A stretch of DNA of 52,885 bases from a virus (taxonomy: Duplodnaviria; Caudoviricetes), in IMG/VR virus record IMGVR_UViG_3300011114_000575, positions 1-52,885 of that record. One strand, given 5' to 3'. The notes under the pieces were generated by a model, which was not told the DNA's origin, searched no databases, and saw nothing but the letters and a program-made list of their open reading frames with translations. Positions 26,403 to 36,000 of the stretch are shown in pieces (the first letter of the stretch is position 1; each line of letters opens with the position of its first letter). The translations under genes were made by a program, and so were the position numbers.

Positions 26403-26752
26403 GCGAACGCTGCGAGCCGCCGCCGGAATGGCGGCACATGCGGTGGCATATGCTCGAAGCCGACGTTGAGCCGCTTGGTTGGTGGCCCCCGAAAACTGCT
26501 GTGTGGCAAGCCCCCGCCGCTTGGATGGGCGACACGCTCGGATGGTCGAATGACTTCGGGCTGGGCTTTGATGGGCCAGAGGAAGCCGCTGAGAAGGGAT
26601 GGCGCTACATCGCCCCCGTCACACCCCCCACCACCGTCGCCGCGCTGGTGGAGGCGTTGGAGCGCATTGCGGAAAGCCAAGTTTATTTGTCGTCGGCAGG
26701 CACCCAAGCCCGCGCCGCCCTTGCCCTGTATCGCGGGAAGGCCGGGCGATGA
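26399..26752 (+). CDS. Hypothetical protein, CEP...GWR family
   Basis: ATGA overlap. Confidence 0.65.
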   Translation: MSERCEPPPEWRHMRWHMLEADVEPLGWWPPKTAVWQAPAAWMGDTLGWSNDFGLGFDGPEEAAEKGWRYIAPVTPPTTVAALVEALERIAESQVYLSSAGTQARAALALYRGKAGR

Positions 26753-26976
26753 GTCGGCTTAACTTGGATTGCCGACCGACTAAGGGAACGCCACCAGATA
26801 CCGAGTGCTGGTTGCAGCACATAGACAGCGCCATGATGATGATAGCAAAATGGGATCGATGGAAAGGACGGAGAGGCATCTGGTATTGCTTTGGCGTTGC
26901 CAACGGTCTTACGCCAGTGCAAATGTATAAAAATGGCTGGCGTTTCCATTCTGTCGTGGAGTGGCCCTATGAGTGA
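26749..26976 (+). CDS. Hypothetical protein, CRP...GWR family
   Basis: ATGA overlap; DCRPT..TPP and GWRF. Confidence 0.65.
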   Translation: MSRLNLDCRPTKGTPPDTECWLQHIDSAMMMIAKWDRWKGRRGIWYCFGVANGLTPVQMYKNGWRFHSVVEWPYE

Positions 26977-27070
26977 GGCAAACTCTCACTTGTAAGCGGC
27001 AAAATGATATGCTAAATCGATTATCCCCGAGCAAATCAGGTTGTATCGGGGAATTATATAGGAGAGAACG

Positions 27071-27334
27071 ATGACAAACGAAGAATACCTAGAGCAAATT
27101 GCTGCACTATTCCCTCATATAAGCAACAGAACGCGCTTAGTGCAAATTGCAGTTGCAGAAACCAGCGACGGTGATTTGGAGGCGGCTGTAATTACAGAAA
27201 ACCTTAGCCTTTCGCAGGCTTGGAATTATCTGGAGAACAGCTTTGCGGCACCCCATCGCATGGCTATCGTTGAAGTGCGTATTCCTGTGCGACAAGTGCC
27301 TATCATCCCCGGCAAGGCGAAGGAGGCGGAGTGA
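27071..27334 (+). CDS. Hypothetical protein
   Basis: AGGAGA RBS. Confidence 0.65.
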   Translation: MTNEEYLEQIAALFPHISNRTRLVQIAVAETSDGDLEAAVITENLSLSQAWNYLENSFAAPHRMAIVEVRIPVRQVPIIPGKAKEAE

Positions 27335-28008
27335 TGAGCAAGGATGGTCTTGCATGGCATTTTGTAGGCGACACCTTACGTGATGGTCGCCCAATCCCCG
27401 CTGATGGGGTAACATTGAAGCACAAAGGGAAACTTGAACTGTGCGCGTCTGGCCTGCACGCAAGCGAGCGTCTTATTGACGCTTTGCAATATGCTCCCGG
27501 CCCGATATTGTGCCGCGTCCAGATGGGCGGAACCATCAAAAAAGAGTCCGATCAACTGGTTGCAAGGCAGCGCACAATTCTTTGGCGCGTTAATTCAACG
27601 GATGTGTTGCGGAAGTTTGCCCGGCAATGCGCGCTAGATGTGGCGCATCTGTGGAATATGCCACCCGTGATGAGGCAATATTTAGAGACAGGCGATGAAA
27701 GCCTTAGGGCTACCGCCAGTTCTGCCGCCTGGGCTGCCGCCAAAGGTTTCGCCTGGGATGGCACCAAGGATGCCGCCAGGGATGCAGCCAGGGATGCCGC
27801 CTTGGCTGCCGACAGTGTTGCCGTTTGGGCTGACGCCGATGCTGCCGCCGGCAATGCCGCCAGTGCTGCCTCCAGCAATGCCGCCAATGCTGGCGGCTGG
27901 GATGCCGCTAGTGTTGCCGCCAGGGTTGCCGCCGGGGCTACCGCCAAAGCTCTCCAAAACATCCGCTTGAATATAATGGTTATGGCATTAGCCCCGGAGG
28001 GGTCATGA
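27331..28008 (+). CDS. Hypothetical protein with C..GLH N-terminal domain and Ala-rich AAW/DAAR repeats
   Basis: LCASGLHAS; tetrapeptide-like repeats AAWAAA and DAARDAARDAA. Confidence 0.75.
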   Translation: MMSKDGLAWHFVGDTLRDGRPIPADGVTLKHKGKLELCASGLHASERLIDALQYAPGPILCRVQMGGTIKKESDQLVARQRTILWRVNSTDVLRKFARQCALDVAHLWNMPPVMRQYLETGDESLRATASSAAWAAAKGFAWDGTKDAARDAARDAALAADSVAVWADADAAAGNAASAASSNAANAGGWDAASVAARVAAGATAKALQNIRLNIMVMALAPEGS

Positions 28009-28181
28009 TGAATCCTGAAGACGCAACCCGGTTCAACGGGCCAGGGCAACCAGACGCAGACGAGGTGCTGCGCCGCGAGGTGAACTGGGATGTATGGGCA
28101 TTTTGGTCGATAGTAATCGGCGTGTGGGGAGTCGTTCTAGGATACGTGATTGCGTGGCTGTGGGAGAAAATAGTAGGATGA
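28005..28181 (+). CDS. Small single-pass membrane protein (58 aa, below the ORF-track cutoff)
   Basis: ATGA overlaps at both ends, GGAGG RBS; hydrophobic WAFWSIVIGVWGVVLGYVIAWLW. Confidence 0.65.
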   Translation: MMNPEDATRFNGPGQPDADEVLRREVNWDVWAFWSIVIGVWGVVLGYVIAWLWEKIVG

Positions 28182-28384
28182 TGCTCCAGCTAAACCCATC
28201 TATGCCTGTAAAAACGCCACAAGGCGTAGCCATGGCCATAGGATGGATAGATTACGGCCCAGAGCATGACCTTATATGGATTGTCATAGACGACAACACA
28301 AGGGAATGCTGGTGTGTAGGTAATAGAGACATTAGATTTGGGTCAAACGAAACCTACGGAAGAAAAATACCAAGGGATAGGTGA
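28178..28384 (+). CDS. Hypothetical protein
   Basis: MMLQLNP..PVKTPQG...IDYGPEHDLIW; ATGA overlap. Confidence 0.7.
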   Translation: MMLQLNPSMPVKTPQGVAMAIGWIDYGPEHDLIWIVIDDNTRECWCVGNRDIRFGSNETYGRKIPRDR

Positions 28385-28393
28385 GTAATACCT

Positions 28394-28933
28394 ATGGGCA
28401 GAGAGAGAAATAGTAGCCTTATTTTGCTGCCAGTAGAAAAAGGGATACCCATCCCTCCTGTTGAAAAATTCCCAAAATGGAGAAGGCCAATAAAATACAA
28501 AATCTCCATTAAAAGGCTTTTTATTGGAGACAGTGTATTTATACCAGAATCAGATCAGCCACCCCAGGCGGAAATGTCTCTTCTTAGGAGGAAACTTGGG
28601 CGCAATCACGTATACAGAAAGGTAAAGTCAGAAGATGGCGTTGTATTGGGAATAAGAGTTTGGAGAGTGGAAGACAATCCAAGCCATCTGATAACGCCAG
28701 AAGCAAAGAGGAAAAATGAAATGGAAGAACTGAAACAAAATCAGAAAGACGAGATTGAACAAGAGGCTGCGCTTTTGGATAAAGAGCCTCAGCCGCCAGA
28801 GTTGAAAAAAGAAGATGACCGCAAGAAGCCTAAGATGCGGAATTGCTTGTGGTGCGGGTTGCCGTTTGAAAGCAAAAACGCAGGTGATAGGTATCACCAG
28901 AATTGCAGGGACAACGCAAGGAGAGCCGGATGA
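28394..28933 (+). CDS. Putative DNA-binding protein with C-terminal Zn finger
   Basis: GDSVFIP...GIRVWRV domain plus RNCLWC...HQNC. Confidence 0.65.
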   Translation: MGRERNSSLILLPVEKGIPIPPVEKFPKWRRPIKYKISIKRLFIGDSVFIPESDQPPQAEMSLLRRKLGRNHVYRKVKSEDGVVLGIRVWRVEDNPSHLITPEAKRKNEMEELKQNQKDEIEQEAALLDKEPQPPELKKEDDRKKPKMRNCLWCGLPFESKNAGDRYHQNCRDNARRAG

Positions 28934-29127
28934 CGAACATAGTAAACGCCGTCAAGGAAGACCTTGATAGACGCGCCGCGCTTGGCCTTAAAAAGTATGG
29001 TGTTGGCCTGGAGCGAATGGACCTAACGGAAGAAGATTGGATTCAACACGCCTACGAAGAGGCTTTAGACCTAGCGTGCTATCTCCGAAGACTGATAGAG
29101 CTTAGCAAGATGATAGCGCGCGAGTGA
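28930..29127 (+). CDS. Small all-helical nucleotide pyrophosphohydrolase-like protein
   Basis: GLKKYG...WIQHAYEEALDLACYL (EExxD motif). Confidence 0.55.
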   Translation: MTNIVNAVKEDLDRRAALGLKKYGVGLERMDLTEEDWIQHAYEEALDLACYLRRLIELSKMIARE

Positions 29128-29135
29128 TGGCGTCA

Positions 29136-29408
29136 TCACTTGACGATGTTGATGATCCTGGAGTTTTTCTCTAAAGCCCTAAAGCCATGAGGTTGCCTGG
29201 GCTGCCAATCCAAGACTGAATTATTGAAAGCATCCGCCTCAATTACCCACCCAGGCCCGAATATCTCAAACCTGCCCCGCTGCACGATGGTGATGTGGAC
29301 GTTTGTCTCATCGTGATCGTGCAGCGGCAATTCGTCCCCAACCTCAGGGAAGTTATACACTGAGGCCAGCAGCCTGCCGAGTTGTAGCTGCTTGACGTCA
29401 AGCGTCAT
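29136..29408 (-). CDS. Cupin-fold protein
   Basis: LPLHDH...HITIVQRG and PHGFRAL metal-binding motif. Confidence 0.75.
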   Translation of the reverse strand: MTLDVKQLQLGRLLASVYNFPEVGDELPLHDHDETNVHITIVQRGRFEIFGPGWVIEADAFNNSVLDWQPRQPHGFRALEKNSRIINIVK

Positions 29409-29650
29409 GCAACAGGAACCGGAGGGGAGTTGGGCGCGGCGTTACCTTCAGTCTGCATAGGCTGCGGCGGCGCAGGTGGAACGGGATCAGTGCCATTCCA
29501 CGGGAAGCCTGGAGAAGCCTGCACGGAGCCGGTGTAATGCACCAGCGTGATGCCTTCAGGAGGCGTGTATTCCGCCACGCCATCATACTCTATGACGTTG
29601 TCGATGATGCTGTTCGCGTCAATCAAAAGCCAGGGCATGATGCTCACCAT
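29405..29650 (-). CDS. Small tail-fibre-associated protein (putative chaperone)
   Basis: Follows the tail fibre; NVIEYDGVAEYTPPEG is paralogous to 44699..44929. Confidence 0.6.
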   Translation of the reverse strand: MVSIMPWLLIDANSIIDNVIEYDGVAEYTPPEGITLVHYTGSVQASPGFPWNGTDPVPPAPPQPMQTEGNAAPNSPPVPVA

Positions 29651-31146
29651 TCAAAGAAAACAACGCCAGCCCTGCCGGCTGTGGGGGAGCCAGAATCACC
29701 AGTTCCCCCCGCGCCATATCCTCCACCACCAAAGATGGATGCAGCGCCAATATTTCTACCATAATTTGCGCCATAAACGCCAGCGCCGCCAGCAATAGAA
29801 AGAGTAGGAGAACCAGCAGTTACGCTTCCGCCACTGCCGCCAGTCGTAGAACCTGTTCCGCCAGTCGTAGTTACAGTAGTAATGGCCTGAGTGCCAGATG
29901 AAATGCTGCTACTGCCACCACTACTTCCGGCGCCAGATGTTCCAGCAGCGCCGCCAGTGCCAACTGTCACTGAAATTGTATTGCCAGGAGTAAGGGAGGA
30001 TAGGTAAGTAATTGCGGCAGCACCAGACCCACCGCCACCAGCAATAGAACTTGGTAAACCACATCCGTTAAAAACGGTTCCAAGTGACCCGCCACCACCG
30101 CCACCAACAATAGTCACCTTCACAACAGTTACGCCAGTAGGGATGGTAAATGTTCCCGATGACGTAAAAGCCTGACTAGACTTGATGGTTGCAACCGACA
30201 CAGACCCGGCGCCATTGGTGATGGTGATGCCATTCCCGGCCGTCAGGGTAGCCCGAGTGAACCCGGTCCCGTTGCCGATATCAATCTGCCCGTTGGACGG
30301 GGTCGTGGTGAGGCCAGTTCCGCCGTTCGCGATAGGCAGGGTGCCGGTGACGCCCGTTGTCAGGGGCAGGCCGGTGGCATTGCCCAAGGTGATCGTGGGG
30401 CCGCTGCTGAGGACCACGTTGCCGGTGCCGGTGCTGGTGGTGACGCCAGTGCCGCCAGACGCCACAGGCAGCGTCCCAGAGGTCAGGGTGGTGGTGCCAG
30501 TGGCATAGATGGCGCCGCCAGACGTGAAGCTCACAAGGCCCGTGCCACCGCTGGCCACAGGCAGGGTGCCAGAGGTCAGGGTGGTCGTGCCGCTGGCGTA
30601 GATGGCGCCGCCAGACGTGAAGCTGGTGAGGCCTGTGCCGCCGCTGGTGGTGCCGAGGATGCCGCTGAGGGCGATGGTGCCGCTGGAGGTGATAGGGCTA
30701 CCGCTGACCGTCAGACCGGACAGGCTGGTGGAGAAGGCGACGCTGGAGACCGATTGCGTCGTCCGCATGCCGGAGGCAGTGCCGTCGCAGGAGACGTTGA
30801 TGAGCGCCCCAGGCGGAACCGTGACAGCCGATCCGCCGGCAGCCGAGGAGATGCTGAGGACAAAGGCGCCCGAGGTGCCGTTGTAGATCATCCACTGGCC
30901 GCCAACCCCCGAGGGGACGACGTAGTTGACGTTGGCTGTCAGAACGCCGCTGATAGTGAGCGTCAGGGGAGCATACTGCGCCGACGACAAGGTCTGATTG
31001 CCAGACAGGGCGGTGACATTCAAAGATGTCGAGCCACCAAAGGCAGTATCAATCTGACTGAGCGAGGTATTGACCGTCGTGCCCCACCCCGTATCACTGA
31101 GAGCAGGTTCGCCAATAGCTTTGTTCGGTGTGTATGACGTAGCCAT
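29644..31146 (-). CDS. Tail fibre / receptor-binding protein with C-terminal glycine-rich domain
   Basis: GTLPVASGGTG repeats; FTSSGTFTIP..VKVTIVGGGGGG...GVVFFEW. Confidence 0.8.
   Translation of the reverse strand: MATSYTPNKAIGEPALSDTGWGTTVNTSLSQIDTAFGGSTSLNVTALSGNQTLSSAQYAPLTLTISGVLTANVNYVVPSGVGGQWMIYNGTSGAFVLSISSAAGGSAVTVPPGALINVSCDGTASGMRTTQSVSSVAFSTSLSGLTVSGSPITSSGTIALSGILGTTSGGTGLTSFTSGGAIYASGTTTLTSGTLPVASGGTGLVSFTSGGAIYATGTTTLTSGTLPVASGGTGVTTSTGTGNVVLSSGPTITLGNATGLPLTTGVTGTLPIANGGTGLTTTPSNGQIDIGNGTGFTRATLTAGNGITITNGAGSVSVATIKSSQAFTSSGTFTIPTGVTVVKVTIVGGGGGGSLGTVFNGCGLPSSIAGGGGSGAAAITYLSSLTPGNTISVTVGTGGAAGTSGAGSSGGSSSISSGTQAITTVTTTGGTGSTTGGSGGSVTAGSPTLSIAGGAGVYGANYGRNIGAASIFGGGGYGAGGTGDSGSPTAGRAGVVFFEW
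30446..30646. repeat. 93-bp (31-aa) tandem coding repeat
   Basis: SGGTGL(T/V)SFTSGGAIYA(S/T)GTTTLTSGTLPVA occurs about twice. Confidence 0.8.
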
Positions 31147-31154
31147 GACTTACC

Positions 31155-33038
31155 TCAAATAGCTTCGTTGGCGATGGAGAGGGCTTTGACAATGTGTTCG
31201 TCAGGCGCCTGCAACAGCGGCTCCGTCGTCTTGCTCTCCTGCTTCTTAGCCGCCTCTGCGGCGCGAACCAAGGATGCAGCACGGCCAGAGTGGTCGATGC
31301 CTACGCGCCCACCTTCCCGCCGCTCGATGCGGCCTCCGGTGGATTCCTCCTGATCTTGCCGCGCCTTTTCTGTTTGATACAGCCCTTGTCCAACAGGACG
31401 GGAAGTGGCGGCTTCAGTTAGGGCACCAACAGGCCGATTTAGCATCCCTTTCCCATAATGAGCATATCCCATCAGGCGCGGCGATGAGGCAAGCGCGCCA
31501 CCAAGAATATGAGGAATGGCAGAAGGTTGGAATAGCGCCAGTCCTGCCGCCCCAGGATACCCAATCATTGCTTGCGTCCCTTGTGCAAACCAAGGGCTAA
31601 CTGCGGCACCAGAAAGCATTGCAGGAAGTGTTTTTCCAGCGTTGGTTTCAGATAGAGTTTGTAAAAGACTTTGCTTAACTCCAGGCTGATCATTTGCCTT
31701 CATGAGTTTTTTAACAATTGCATCTGCTCCGGCTTTATCTTTCAAACTCAAAGAACGTTGATAATTGTTTAGCAAATTCCTCCAATTTTGCCAATATTCC
31801 ATGGCAGAGGCGTATTCTGGCGCATGAGAAGAAATTGTATTTTTGATTGAATTATATACATTTCCAATCTTGCCTTCAAATCTAGTTCCCTGGGCACTGT
31901 GAAGAACGTCACCAATTGACTGTTTTACATTGTCTAAGTCAATGACAGTCCTTGCCATAGGGTGTTGGTTTCTAAGAGATTCAAATATTTGGTTATTAAT
32001 GTCTTGAACCATGCTTTTAGCTTGGCTAAATCTGGATGTAGTCCCATGTAGATTGACAAAATCATTTAGCTCTTTTAGCGCCCCACCGGTTGTATGTTTT
32101 AAGAGTAAAGAATTAAGTTGAGATATTTGTGGCTCAGTCAATTGCCCTGAATAATTCATAACGCTCTGAAGGATTTGCGAGCCTGTATGATCAAGCTGCA
32201 CAATATTATCAAGATTAAGCTGGGCAGGAGATTGACCAGCTTCAGCCATGCTGTTTAAATAAGCCTGATTTGCGGCGCCTTTTTTTTCTTCTAGCGCGCG
32301 CATTGCCGTATTGGCAATCTCAGAATGTTCGCTTGGGTCGCGTGCCATTTTAAAAAAGGCAGCTTTTTGTTCTGGAGTTCCAGTGGAGGCTATTTCTTGA
32401 ATGTTTTTAAAATTAGATGATGGGACGCCAGAGAGGCCGGCTTGAGTTTTCCCTGCAATTAAGGCGCCTCCTTTGATTGGAAGTTTTGCCACAGCAAGAG
32501 CGGATTGCACAGGGTCCATAACAGTCGCGGCACGCCCTGCCATGCGGGCGACTTGACCCGTTAAGCCGGCCGCCTTGGCGCCAGCACTCGCGCCCAAAGA
32601 AAGCGGCAAAGAGACATCAATGCCAATGCTGAAAGGGTCTTTAGCCAGGGCGCGCTTAAAGCCTCCCATGGTGCCGTATTGCTCGGCGTAGTGCTGGCCT
32701 AAAGCGTTGATCAATTGCTCATTCTGAGCTTTTTCCTCTGGGTTTTGCTTTACGCCAAGGGCGCCAGCAGCCTTAGAGTAGGCGCCAGTGCCCATTTGCT
32801 TAAGTGCACCAAGCGTGTCTTCGTAGTTGTAAATTGCAGAACCTACGTCTTTAAGGACACCACCAAAGCTGGAAGGAAGGTTAGATGCGCCCTCCATGAG
32901 GACTTCTGGCCACGACTTTTGTGCGTATTGTTCACTCTCTGCCTGCCTTTCCGTTGGCGTCGGGCGAGGAGAAACAAGATCAGAGGGCGGCTGCTGATCT
33001 TCAGGCGGAGACACTAAGTCAGAAGGAGGCTTGTCCAT
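31155..33038 (-). CDS. Putative internal virion (ejection) protein
   Basis: 627 aa, Ala/Gly-rich with hydrophobic helices; podovirus ejection-module position; ESTGG/RREGG near the C-terminus. Confidence 0.7.
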   Translation of the reverse strand: MDKPPSDLVSPPEDQQPPSDLVSPRPTPTERQAESEQYAQKSWPEVLMEGASNLPSSFGGVLKDVGSAIYNYEDTLGALKQMGTGAYSKAAGALGVKQNPEEKAQNEQLINALGQHYAEQYGTMGGFKRALAKDPFSIGIDVSLPLSLGASAGAKAAGLTGQVARMAGRAATVMDPVQSALAVAKLPIKGGALIAGKTQAGLSGVPSSNFKNIQEIASTGTPEQKAAFFKMARDPSEHSEIANTAMRALEEKKGAANQAYLNSMAEAGQSPAQLNLDNIVQLDHTGSQILQSVMNYSGQLTEPQISQLNSLLLKHTTGGALKELNDFVNLHGTTSRFSQAKSMVQDINNQIFESLRNQHPMARTVIDLDNVKQSIGDVLHSAQGTRFEGKIGNVYNSIKNTISSHAPEYASAMEYWQNWRNLLNNYQRSLSLKDKAGADAIVKKLMKANDQPGVKQSLLQTLSETNAGKTLPAMLSGAAVSPWFAQGTQAMIGYPGAAGLALFQPSAIPHILGGALASSPRLMGYAHYGKGMLNRPVGALTEAATSRPVGQGLYQTEKARQDQEESTGGRIERREGGRVGIDHSGRAASLVRAAEAAKKQESKTTEPLLQAPDEHIVKALSIANEAI

Positions 33039-33049
33039 TTTTCAAACCT

Positions 33050-36000
33050 TTAAACAGGAGGTTCAATTCTTTTTCCGTTATGCCACCACTGCCCTGTAGA
33101 TGGGCTATACTGCGCCCCCGCAGGCGCCCAAGAAGGCCTAGAAGGAATTGCACTTCTCTCAGACGGCGATTGAGAAGAATACATGGTATTATACAAAGGC
33201 TGACTCATGTCAAAAGCATTAACGCTGTCAAGCGCTGTATAGTAATCCCCTCTAGGAGAATTTTTAACAACATCAAACTTCTCAATTTCATGCTGGGCGC
33301 GCTTTTGAATTACGTTTTTAAGCAGGAAAAGCGCACCTTCTCTGGTCATCGCAGAACCTGGAGAGGTTCCTTGAGCCGCATTCCATTGCGCAAGAAGTTG
33401 CCTTCCTGCTGGAGTTTCAATTTTCCCCAACTCAGCCGTCATCATATTTCTCATTTTATCTATGACGTCAACTTTTGCTGGATCAGTAAATGCATCACTA
33501 ATCCAAGAGGGGAAACCAAATTGCCTCAAAGTGCCAGCTAAATATTTTAACCTTTCAGCTTGCGGCCCCATAGAAGGAGATGTGCCAGGGGATTGGATGG
33601 TGTTAATCATCAACTCAGCTTGCTGCTGGAGCGCCCTAGCTGCCCTTGCTTCATCTGCGGAAGAAGAATACAACTCACGGAACATTTTCCCCTGCTCAAG
33701 TTTTGCAGCGCCTTGAAGCTGCAACGCATTAGAAAGTTCCGCCCTAACGTCATTAGCTTCTTGTTCTATTGCAGCTTTTGCTTCTGGAGTTATTGCTGTT
33801 CTGGTCCTGGCAGTTAGAGTTTGTAATTTTTGATTGGCAGCAGCAACATCGTCATCAAATTGAGTTTTGATGGTGGGGGCTGCGGGGGGTTGAGGCTGCG
33901 CTTGTGGAGTTCCGCTAGTCCTGCGACCTGCCGCTGCACCACTTTCAAAAGAAGCCATTGCATCCGCAAGTTTACCAACAACTTGAGGATTCTTGAAATC
34001 AATCTGGTCTGTTGGCTTTATGCCAAGTTGAGAGGAAACGTTGGAAATGTAATTTGCAACGCTACGCTGATCCTCTTCATATTTTGGATGACCGGGCTTG
34101 TATTCAGAAGCCCACCGAGAGACAATCTGTTGAGGCGTCACAAGGCCATTGTTTGCATAATTCTGCAAAAGAGAAATTTGCGCATTTCGACCGTCTTCAG
34201 GTGTCTTAAAAACAGCAAAGCCATTTTCAGAGCCAGCGTATCCAGGCATATTTTTGGCAAATTGCCCGTCCTTGATCGCTCCTTGATTGTTTGTCCTGAC
34301 AGTCAGAGGAGTGCCAGCCCCACTTGGGGAGGCAGCAGGCCCTTGGGGAGCAGTAGGTGCGCCACCAAGGATAGTGGCTGCACCCTTGTCTGCGCCGAAC
34401 ATAGAAAGGGCGTTTTGATAAATTGAGTTCATCTGCTGGGGAGTGTAAGTTCTCCCGTCAAGCAGGCTTGTGTAGCCAACAATGTTATTGTTTTCATCAG
34501 TTTGAGGCTTGTAATTACCCCTAATAAATTCCATGGTTTTATTTGTAGCTTCGGCCATCCTAATTTGCATGGCTTGCGGCATAAGGGCGGTTTCAGTCGC
34601 GATCTTTTCACGCTGAACCATTTGATTCTGCACGTTCCCGTAGGCGCCAGCGGCACCGGCGAGGCCCTGAGCAAAGGCCGACCCCAGGTAGCGGCTAGGC
34701 GACGCCGCCATGGTGCCGACGCCAGTCAGAAGGGGGACAAGCCAGTCCTGGTTACGAGAGAACCAACTTCCCTTGGACCCTTCATCCGGCTTTTCAGGAG
34801 CGGGCGAAGGCGTGGGAACGGCCCCAAGGCCGGCTTGCTGGACGTTCTGGCTTACGGGGGCAGAAGCCACAACGTTAGGTGTTTCAGACTGGGCAAGAGA
34901 CGCTCCTGGTGGCAGGGCGCGCGCTTCAACCTGTTGTGCAGGCGCAACCCCGCCACCAGGGCGAGAGATTACAGCAGGTGCGCTTGCGGGCGCTGCGAGA
35001 GGCTGTTCGCTAGCCTGCTGAGGCGCATAAGGTTCTGTCCCGGATGCTAGGCCAGGGGCAGGCCCTTCCGTCTGTCTAGCCTGCGCAGCCGGCGCATAAC
35101 GACCGCCAGGATTTGTCATCACATTATTTAGAAAATCTTGGTTGGCAATTCCAAGGGCGCGCTGGGTATCGGTGCCGGAACCCTGCGAAGAAGGCGAAGG
35201 GGTCGCCCCAAGGCCAGTTTGCGGGGGAATGATTGCACTAGCTGCGCTACGGACGGCGGGGGATTGGTCTGCTCCCGCCCTTTCATCAGGTTGCAAATCT
35301 CGAATTTGCTGCGGCGCATAAAGACCGCCAGGATTGGCCATCACATTATTTAGAAAACCTTGGTTGGCAATCCCAAGCGCGCGCTGAGTGTCAACGTGCA
35401 GCCCGTCTGCATTGGCCCCTTGCGCCGAAACCGGAGGCGCAGAACGCGCACCAGCATCACGGCCAGAGTTTACATTAAATCTATCAAGATTATGAAATAC
35501 ACTAGATGGGTCAGAAAGATTAGAGTTGTAGTTGCCGTAAAAATTATCAATTTGAGGATCATCAGTGTCTACTCCAGGCAGACCACCATAAGCAAAGTGA
35601 CCACGATGTGCAGCACCTTCGGTAGCGCGCCCGTAGTCAACAGTCTTATATCCTCCAGCAAGACCAACAGCCTCAGGATGCTTGTGCTCAACGTCCTGCG
35701 CGATTAAACCAATCTGTGTTTCGGGATGACCCTTGTAGTTGTAGCGATAAACCGGCTGACCATCAAAGGTCTTGCCAATCTGATGGATGTTTTCCTTCAG
35801 ACGCTTGTCAGAAAAAAGAGAAGCAAGACCTGCTGCGCCCTCAAAAAAAGTCTTGCCTGCACCAACAAGGCCGGCGACCTTCGTAAGGTCGTTTCCAAGA
35901 CCACCAGACTGCCCAGAACCAGCCTGCTCAGGCTTAGGGGGATTGATAATGGGCTTTTGATTGGGAATGTTTAGGGAGAAAGTTTCCTTGTCAGGGTCGT

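Noticed and set aside
27695-27970. Pro-rich repetitive alternative-frame ORF
   Set aside because: Frame-shifted reading of the GCC-rich Ala repeats of 27331..28008.
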